Virus record (IMG/VR): IMGVR_UViG_3300021420_000017
Location: 1 to 64,000 of that record
Source of the DNA: a virus
Strand: one strand, 5' to 3'
Length of the DNA: 64,000 nt
Shown here: positions 56,396-64,000 of the stretch, piece by piece
Layout of the letters: every line of letters starts with the position of its first letter
Numbering within the stretch: the first letter of the stretch is position 1
Program-made: the position numbers and the translations under genes
The notes under the pieces: model-generated
The model's input: the letters and a program-made list of their open reading frames with translations, nothing else
Told to the model about the DNA's origin: nothing
The model's database searches: none

Positions 56396-57213
56396 GTGAG
56401 CTACATCAAAGTCACCTACTCTGCGCATGTCTATGTCGGCGGTCGAGAGGTGAAAGTTCCTCTGCGAGTCAGCACGCTAGCCGAAGCGCAGCTAGAAGCG
56501 AAGAGATTGAGCAAGACCAACTGGTGCATCGCAGGTGAGGCGGTGCGACCGGTCCAGGTGAGGAAGACAGAAGAGACGCTCATGGCGACCTACGTCAATG
56601 GCAAGCGCGAGAGTATCAGAGAGGATAAGTCACGATCATGACCGAAAACCTAGGAGGACGGCTCGGTGAGTGGTCGCAGCGATTCGATCATCTCTCGGGG
56701 TTCAGTGGGCCCGGTGCGGATGACAACAATGCTGACTTGGTAGCCCATTTGATGGATGAGCATGGAATCTATCCGGTCGACTGCAACGGACTGTCTCTAG
56801 GTGGGTTGAGGACATTGCATGTCCATCTCCATCCAGAAGGGCATGCCGTCGTGCACAACGTTGCGCGCCCCGTTTATGCGAGCAGCAGGACATTGATTGA
56901 GCGCACGCACTACATCTTGGTGCGGGTGATTGAGGATGAGCGCAACGCTCCCGGCCGGGTCAACCTCGCGCTGACGGCTCCCGCACAGCCCTACGGCGTC
57001 ATGACTGCGTTCTCCTCCAGAAGCTGGCATGGCGACCAGGCGGGAGACGAGGAAGGCGAGGACAGTACGGCTGACTACGCGAAGCTGGCCGACATCATGA
57101 ACCGTCGAGATGGGACGGCAAGTAGCGCGGAGATGCGCGCTCGGCATCAACGGGAGTTACTGGAGCTAGAGGCGCAACAGGCCGCTGAGCGCAAGGATGC
57201 AGGTTTGACCTGA
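56396..57213 (+). other. genes 56396-56641 and 56638-57213
   Basis: Coupled starts. Confidence 0.55.
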
Positions 57214-57222
57214 CCTGTATGA

Positions 57223-57243
57223 TACTCTGTACTCTGTACTCTG
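57223..57243 (+). repeat. 3 x TACTCTG tandem repeat in a promoter/leader
   Basis: TACTCTGTACTCTGTACTCTG running into TCGCCAA. Confidence 0.85.
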
Positions 57244-57278
57244 TCGCCAATCGATTACCCAAATAATAGGAGTCGGTC

Positions 57279-57676
57279 ATGACCTACTTTTCGGCAACTA
57301 ACACCAGGACCATTGTGTCGATGACCCGGCTCAAGAACAGCCCCAGTGGCAACCCGCGCTATAACGTCCTGCTGCATGGCGCGCTGGCTCCGATCTCCAC
57401 CAAGCCCGACGCGGCGTTCGTTTATGGTCTGCGCTCAGATTTGACGGGGCCCGCAGAAGTGACGTTCGAGGGCGGCTACATCACCAACATCGTGCCGCTG
57501 GAGGAGTCGTGAGTATGTCCAAGGCGCTGATGAAGCGCGAGTTCTGGGCTCAGGTGCTTTTCGATCTCCTCGGCGAGGAGATCGAGCGCGCCGAAGAGGA
57601 ACTCGCCGAGATCACGATTGAGCTGCGCAGGAAATGTCACAGTGCCACAGGTTGGAGACGACATGATGGCGCCTAG
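57279..57676 (+). other. genes 57279-57512 (RLKNSPSGNPRY motif) and 57509-57676
   Basis: TAGGAG RBS; GTGA coupling; the second is absent from the ORF track. Confidence 0.6.
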
Positions 57677-57961
57677 ACGGGACAACGTACTCGCGGCGAG
57701 CGGTATGCACTCGTGCTCCAAGTGCGGGGCGTGGCCCAACGACCCGTGCCGTACGCCGATCGGTCGCGCGCCGAGCGCGTGGCTGAGCTGCTGCGCAACA
57801 GCTCAGCCACGCATATCCACGTGCATACCTCAGCGCTGAAGAAGTATGAGGATGAGCCGCCCGGCATGTGGGAGCGCGCTGACTATGAGGGCGGTCGAGA
57901 TGATGGAGAAGTTGGTGGGTAGCGGATCGTTCGGAATAGGGGCCCCGTGAGTGCTATCTTT

Positions 57962-58205
57962 GGGCATGTCCGCCGAAGCTAGCTTTTGCTGACGTGGATA
58001 GCGCAACGGCGTACAACGTTGCGCGCCCCGCGAAGGTCGCAGTCGAATGACGGAGAGCTACATCGCGCCAGGGCAAATCTGCACAATTTATGCTCTGCGG
58101 GCTAACTCCAAGCTACGGCTAGTCACCGCTGGTTCCGATCTCGTGGATGTGTAAGACGCGATACCAACTATGCCCCGTCCCCCACAGGCGGGGCATAGTT
58201 TTTCC
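57962..58205 (+). ncRNA. candidate ~240-nt small RNA (or sORF transcript)
   Basis: Extended -10 TGCTATCTT (57952-57960), internal hairpins, intrinsic terminator at the end. Confidence 0.35.
58166..58204 (+). terminator. intrinsic terminator
   Basis: AACTATGCCCCG / CGGGGCATAGTT 12-bp stem followed by a T run. Confidence 0.85.
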
Positions 58206-58286
58206 GGTGCCGGATCGAGCTGTGCTGCTGTTGAGTGTGATCATGATCTGATAGTCTGCAGTCTCGAACAAGGAGATCTGTCGCCA

Positions 58287-58631
58287 ATGAGTGAATCAAC
58301 TGAGCTAGCGCTGAACCCGTTCGTTGAGGTTCAAGCTACGCAGCGCGTCCTGAATAGCGGAGTGCAGTATGAGTTCAAGTTCCGCAACGGTTGGGGCGCG
58401 AGTGTCGTGCGCCATGAGGGTAGCTACGGGCATGAGGCTGGTCTCTGGGAGCTTGCGGTCCTGGATCGCGCGGGCAATATCAACTACTCCACGCCGGTCA
58501 CTAACGACGTGATCGACTGGCTGGATGTCGAGGGCGTGCGCGCCACATTGTTGCAAATCGCAGAGCTACCTCCCTGCTTGCTGACGCCGATCGCAGAGCT
58601 GCCTCCCTCTGAGCTGGAGTCCGGGTGGTGA
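58287..58631 (+). CDS. phage protein of the FxNGxGASV..SYG..GL.E.AVL type
   Basis: Motif pattern; AGGAG and GTCGCCAA directly before ATG 58287. Confidence 0.75.
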   Translation: MSESTELALNPFVEVQATQRVLNSGVQYEFKFRNGWGASVVRHEGSYGHEAGLWELAVLDRAGNINYSTPVTNDVIDWLDVEGVRATLLQIAELPPCLLTPIAELPPSELESGW

Positions 58632-60598
58632 TCGTTCACTTCCACGGAGGCCCACTGAGCGGGAAAGAGATGGATATCGAACGACCGACTAGTCCGATCC
58701 TTATTCTGCGACCGGACTGGGTTCCTAGCATGGACTGGCGCCAGCACTACCATCCCGGCTCTTACCGCCGGGATCCCGATAGTGCTGGCGGGCGCTGCTA
58801 CGACTGGAGAGAACGCTGATGACCGCCGTGCGATGTGCCGGGCTCGATGAGCTACACAGAATCGCTGGCTTGGCGGTAAAAGGGGAAGAAGCCGAGATCA
58901 GGATCGCTGAGTTGCGGGCCGAGATCGCTAGCCTGCAGCGTCAGCTAGCGGCTCTGAAGAGGAGCGCGCCGATCACCTTGAAGGGCTATCTCATGCTGGC
59001 TCTCGCGGCGCAGGATCGGCCAATGGGGATCCCCGAGATCCGGTCTGCGATGGTCGACTTGGGGTGGATCTCAACGAGCTATAGCCCGCGCAAGATCATA
59101 CGCGAGCAGTTGGGCAAGTGTGAGAGGGCAGGGCTGATTGAGCGCACTGAGCGTGGTTACTACCGACTTGCAGGACGAGAGGATCAGCGGTGAAGCTCCG
59201 GCGTAAGACCTTAGTGCGAACCCTGCAGTGCTTCGATTCGGTCGAGGTAGATGGTGTGAAGTACATCGTTGCGCGAGTATCTATTGATTACTCCAACGGT
59301 TCGGCGATGATCGATCTGCTCACTGAAGAGCAATGGAATCGACAGCATCGTTTGGGGATGCAGCGCACTGCGAGTCAGGCCCGGGATGAGGAGAAGATCG
59401 GCTGATGCCCATCCACGCGGCGATCTATCGCAGTAGTCACCCTGAGGTGCAGTTGGCTTGGGAGAAACAGCGCGCACATGCCACGGGATGGCGCGACGAC
59501 CTGCAGGACTTCTGCACGAAGTGGGGCATGGATCCCGACACGGCGCGCTCGATGATCCAACCTGATCGGGCTCTCCTCATGGGCTTCCGGTTGCCTCGCT
59601 CCCAGTCTCCAGCCGACGGTTGGCGGTGGGATAGCGCTTCACGTAACTGGGTCCCGGCGTTGCGCACCGAGCTGGGCAAGCAGATCAACTCTGACCTGAA
59701 GACGCTCGGCCCGGAGTTCGGGATCCGCTACTACCTGGATCGGGTGGGTATGCCCTCCAGCTTTTCGGGCGGAGGGGCGCGGCGCTGGAGTGGCGTGAAG
59801 CAAATCCTCGACACGACCTGGGTCCAGTGGAACTGGGAGATCGACATTGATGATCCGCGCTGGGAGCGGGTGAAGCTCTCCGACTACTGCCTGATGGTGG
59901 AGTCGGGCGAAGACCCATTATTCTTCGATGAGGAGAATGAAGACGATGACTAGCTTCTTGTTGGCTGATTACCAGCCCCAGGATGGCCGCAGGCTGGCGA
60001 TCATCGCCCCGAACCATGCTGAGGGCCAGTATTGGTTCAGCGAGGTCGAGAGCCATCTTCAGTGCCCGCTAGGGCCGCATGAGTACGTGCTGGTGACTGA
60101 GGCGAGCGACTTCCATGGCCTGGGCAATGTCGCGCTGCTGTGGTGCCCCGGTTGGTATCGCGGCAAGCACGGCCGAGGTGTCGATATCGCGCATACGGTC
60201 GCCAAGCTGAAGCTACGCGGCGAGGTCGAGGAGTTCTTTGTGGACGAGCTGCCCAGCGATCGCGCCGTCTTGGAGACGAGTATCCCGGAGCGCCGCGAGT
60301 GAGTACGAGATGGGGGTTCGTCTGTGTGAGTCATGATCCTGAGTTGGGTGATCATGACATGGTCGGTGGCTCCGGTGATTATGGCAAGAACATCCTCATG
60401 GATCTGTGGAGTGTGCGCGCGACGTACGCTGCGCTCAATGACGATATCTTCCAGGATGCGGCTAACGGTTCGACCTATACTAGTGCTGTCTACTTTTTAC
60501 GTCAGCATCCTCGCTGCGTGCTCGTGATCGAGAGCGAATACGGCGACCGCTATGATCCAGTGAGCGGTCTCTATACGCAGAGTGAGAGGCGCACATGA
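58628..60598 (+). other. small genes 58628-58819, 59190-59405, 59405-59953, 59946-60302, 60299-60598
   Basis: Coupled starts, codon bias. Confidence 0.55.
58819..59193 (+). CDS. coiled-coil + winged-HTH protein
   Basis: RPMGIPEIRSAM..LG..LIERTERGYYRL. Confidence 0.65.
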   Translation: MTAVRCAGLDELHRIAGLAVKGEEAEIRIAELRAEIASLQRQLAALKRSAPITLKGYLMLALAAQDRPMGIPEIRSAMVDLGWISTSYSPRKIIREQLGKCERAGLIERTERGYYRLAGREDQR

Positions 60599-60963
60599 TC
60601 CTGCTGTTGCTCACTGCGATCGGGCTGACGAACGGCTCAGGCCGCTGGTATCTGTGGTGGTCGGGCTTTTTCGCTGACCTGACCATCTTCACCCTCGCCT
60701 ACGCGAACTGGAAGAAGCACAACTGCCACGATCATTGGTGCGCGCGGATCGGTCGGCACCCTGTGCTCGATGGCAAGTACCTGGTCTGTCGACGGCACCT
60801 CAACCAGATCCTGGGCCTCCCGAAGAGGCATCGGCTCAGCGTGCATCACATCAGAGACGAGCACAGAGTCAACACCACTGACGGGGCCTTCAAGGACCAC
60901 GTTGTCGCTGGCGAGATCATTACCACCGGAGCAGAGGGGCCGGACGGGTCGCATGTTGCTTAA
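60595..60963 (+). CDS. membrane protein with Cys/His cluster
   Basis: Hydrophobic N-terminus; HNCH..C..GRH..VC.RH. Confidence 0.6.
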   Translation: MILLLLTAIGLTNGSGRWYLWWSGFFADLTIFTLAYANWKKHNCHDHWCARIGRHPVLDGKYLVCRRHLNQILGLPKRHRLSVHHIRDEHRVNTTDGAFKDHVVAGEIITTGAEGPDGSHVA

Positions 60964-61558
60964 CGACGGAGACATCCTCCATGCCTTGAAAGATCAGTCG
61001 CTCAGCATTGAGCCGTTCGATTTGAGTCAGATCCAGCCCTCCAGTGTCGATCTACACCTGGGCAACGAGTTCGCCATTGTGAACGACAACGACGGCAAGA
61101 CTATGTACCTGAAGCATGACAATTCTGAGCGTCTTATCCGAATGTCTGTTCCGGCTGGAGATTACTTCGTTCTCCAGCCGGAACATTTCGTGCTGGCTAC
61201 CACCGTTGAACGGGTGCGCCTCGGCAACACCTTGGCCGCGCGGGTGGAGGGTAAGAGCAGCCTGGGGCGCCTCGGCTTGGTGGTTCATTCGACCGCTGGG
61301 TTCATCGATCCGGGTTTCGAGGGCCAGGTCACCTTGGAGCTGGCAAATCTCCTCCAGGTGCCGATCGCGCTTTACCCGGGCATGCCGGTGTGTCAGCTTG
61401 CGATCTTCATGCTCAGCAGTGCTGCTCTGACTCCGTATCGGGGCAAGTATCAGCATCAGACCGGGCCTCAAGGCAGCCAGTATCACCGCAATTTCGAGCC
61501 CGCAATGAAGCGTGAGTTCAAGACGCTGCTGCGAGAAGTAGTGGACGGATCAGAATGA
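60953..61558 (+). CDS. dcd: dCTP deaminase
   Basis: IQPSSVDLHLG, EGKSSLGRLGL..HSTAGFIDPGFEG..TLE, VCQL, GKYQ.Q. Confidence 0.95.
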   Translation: MLLNDGDILHALKDQSLSIEPFDLSQIQPSSVDLHLGNEFAIVNDNDGKTMYLKHDNSERLIRMSVPAGDYFVLQPEHFVLATTVERVRLGNTLAARVEGKSSLGRLGLVVHSTAGFIDPGFEGQVTLELANLLQVPIALYPGMPVCQLAIFMLSSAALTPYRGKYQHQTGPQGSQYHRNFEPAMKREFKTLLREVVDGSE

Positions 61559-63868
61559 CCGACGGGCATAGGGCGGCTGAACCCGAGAAGGGCCTCCAGC
61601 GGATGTTCCGGGAGGCGCGAGAGCGAGATACCCGGCGCTCGCCGTTCTCCTACTGTGTCACGATTGAGGACGGCTTGGATGGTTTCGCGATCCACCATGC
61701 CGACTGCCCGAGCGCCGGTGAGGCGTGGCACAGCGGTTCAACTTGCATCGGCGGGGCCGCTCGACGCTACAGCGGGCCGTCGCAGCCGTGGGAGGCGCTG
61801 GGATGACTAGCCCAGATCGCCCGCTCCACGGGGCTGTGGTGACCTACCTGGGCAGCTATTGGACTTTCGATGGCGTTTATGGTTACTGGCACGGTCGTGG
61901 CTCTGCTGATCAGCGAAGTGGGGCCTTCGGTGTCGCGCGTGAAGGCGGTAGCTTTGCCGATACGCTGCTAGCGAAGTGGGTGGCCCACCTCGATAAGGAC
62001 TTAGAATGGGGGGCGGGCAATGATCGAGTGGATCGTCAATGTGTGTCGCATCGCGTGGGTCAACATGTTGGTGTCGCATCGACTGTGGACACCCAGAAGT
62101 AAGAGGCGATCGGACATCACGCCGGAGATGTTGTTCGCTAAGCCGATCATGAGTTGCGCCTACTGTCATCACCGATTCCCGAGTCCCATCAGACCCAGTG
62201 AGCTGGTCTTTCATATCCGAGATGAGTGTCCGTGAGGAGCCCGGAGGAGGCGCGCGAGATCGCTTCTCTGAGTGGTTTCAGGCGCGAGTTGTATGAGTGG
62301 CTTCGCTTACGACGCAAGACCCATAGTGACGCTTTTCGGGCCGCCAGTCTCCGCTGCTGCAATCCTGAGACTGGCTCCGGCCACACCGAGGAATGTCGGG
62401 CGAGTTGGTCCTTGTGAGCACTGACAGCATGTTCGATATCCAGATGGGCATCTACCGCCACTACAAGGGACCGCTCTACCAGGTGATCGGGCTGGCCCAT
62501 GACGCGAACGCGATGGACCTGTTCGTGAGTGAGGCCAGCAAGTTTGGGTGCGGCCAGCACTGCTACCTCGGTGAGCGCACGGTGGTGGTCTACATGCCGC
62601 TCCAGCTCGACGGCGCGCACCCGGGGCCGAGAATGGCCGTCCGGACGCTAGAAGACTTCGTGGCTCGCGTCGGGCCGAGGAAGATGACCAAGCGGTTCGA
62701 GTACCTCGGCCCCGTTCTGATTGCCGAGATGCTCCAATGACGCGCAGGCGAGCGCCCCGGTGAGTCAGGAGCGCCTTTCGATTTTCAATGCGGATCGCTG
62801 TGCGTGTCAGTTAGGGTTCTGCCAGAACAGGGCGACAGTAGATTGCTTGTGTGACAGTTGCTGGCTAGAGTACTCAGCGATGCGAAACATGTACTTAACC
62901 TCTGAGGAGTGGCACTGATGAGCCAGACTGATCCTGATGAAGCAAAAGAGGATGAGCCGATCAACTACATGGATATCAAGGAGTTCCGTGAGTTAGGATT
63001 CCTGCAAGAGGTGAATCGACTCTTCTTTCATCCCCTAGGTCTAGCACTAGAGGTGGTAGTAGAAGAGGACGGAGATGAACACCTAGGCGGCATCTGGGAC
63101 TACCGCGATGATCCTGAGGGCATAATATTTCTCGGTGGAGCAATCGATGAGAGCAAGGCAGTTCGAGTGATCGAGGAGCGGGCACGACACGCTCCAGCCC
63201 GCATGAAGATGTTCGGTCAAGTCATTCAGCCAGGCGATCTGGGCGACCGCGCTGAGAGTTCTCCGTGATCTTCTGGGATCATGGACGGGTGTTGATCGAT
63301 ATTGGCATTGGAGCCGGATTCGGTTCGTTCAATTGGTGGCGGCGCAACTCGATGGCGCAGATGCAGTTCGTCACCCTTGCCTGCGCTGCGCTTCTGGCGA
63401 TATGCGCAGTCTTGGTCGTGGTGTGGACCAATGTGTTCCCGTACGGTTGTTCTATCCAGGTAATCGTGTTTCTTGCTATCTATTGGCGTAACGGGCCGCG
63501 TGGTCGGAAGAGGATCGCCAAGCTGATCGGTGCGAAGGCCAAGGCCGAAGTCGTCCCCAGTCCGTTCTCCGGTGAGCGCATGATGCGCTGTGCGATCTGT
63601 GGAGGACGGGTGTGGTTTGCGTGGCTGTGGAGATCGAGGTTCCACCAGATATGCGCCGACATCTATCTGCGTGATCGATTGCGCTAGCATGGGCGCCATG
63701 ATGATCGAACCTGATTCCCAGACACCCGAAGACGACACATCCTTCTGGGAGTCCCAGCCCGGCGTGCACGAGGACATCGACTCCGGTCGAGCAGCAGCAC
63801 CTGACGAGCTGTACGACGAATCGGCAGTGCGGCGACGCTACGGTGTTGCAACCCCCGACGGGCAATGA
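61555..63868 (+). other. small genes 61555-61806, 61803-62102, 62020-62235, 62226-62417, 62721-62918, 62918-63268, 63265-63687 (TM), ~63699-63868
   Basis: Coupled starts; 62918-63268 has LQEVNRLFFHPLGLALEV. Confidence 0.5.
62393..62740 (+). CDS. DUF1653-like protein
   Basis: GIYRHYKG..YQVIGLA..VVYM..VRTLEDF..RFEY. Confidence 0.75.
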   Translation: MSGELVLVSTDSMFDIQMGIYRHYKGPLYQVIGLAHDANAMDLFVSEASKFGCGQHCYLGERTVVVYMPLQLDGAHPGPRMAVRTLEDFVARVGPRKMTKRFEYLGPVLIAEMLQ

Positions 63869-64000
63869 GCAGACCTAGTCCACAGGGACTAGTAGTTCTG
63901 TCACGGGGCGGACCTCAGCAACACTGCCTATTTCGCATCGAAAGATAGTGCGTGACGTCTCGTCTCTCTGGTAAGACTCCACCGCCTTGTTCTGGTGGGG

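Noticed and set aside
57962-58205. tmRNA (a TATGCTCTG, YAL-like, stretch near 58088; related phages carry tmRNA)
   Set aside because: No GGGGCTGA-type 5' end, T-arm or CCA acceptor end, and no tag frame ending in ALAA-stop.
3688-60206. GTCGCCAA copies inside genes (e.g. ~3688, ~51228, ~54713, ~55288, ~60198)
   Set aside because: Explained by Val-Ala-Lys codons; not counted as regulatory.
60953-61558. dCTP deaminase as a sign of modified-base DNA
   Set aside because: Common phage nucleotide-pool gene; no thymidylate or base-modification enzymes seen alongside it in this window.

Overview
GC-rich phage DNA, almost certainly from a large actinobacterial virus (Lsr2, DUF6221-like and Ead/Ea22-like genes, SigA-like promoters). 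The gene order recalls Mycobacterium cluster C (Bxz1) / Rhodococcus E3-type myoviruses; that placement is from memory, not a search. 0.1-30 kb is a replication/recombination block (SNF2-like and DinG helicases, candidate initiator, Lsr2 fusion, 5'-3' exonuclease, Sm/Hfq-like protein, DnaC-like loader, DnaB, primase, J-like/SSB fusion, DnaE with an HNH intein, RecA, two resolvases, Cas4-like nuclease, sigma-like regulator), interrupted by an accessory cluster at 5.3-10.9 kb. 30-40 kb holds the terminase and a ~1,930-1,965 aa polyvalent protein (ART-like x2, GNAT x4-5, RelE-like, nucleotidyltransferase, Zn fingers, ParB-like x2). 42-58 kb is an early/accessory region (includes ArdC) driven by a repeated promoter-leader module; 58-64 kb has small genes including dCTP deaminase. 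No tRNA, CRISPR array, integrase, capsid or tail gene was recognised. Best leads: the polyvalent protein with a repeated leader, [R/K]TA domain boundaries and a nested gene in front of its RelE-like domain; a candidate Hfq-like protein behind a structured leader; a 12-copy oriented GTCGCCAA leader motif; and candidate ncRNAs.
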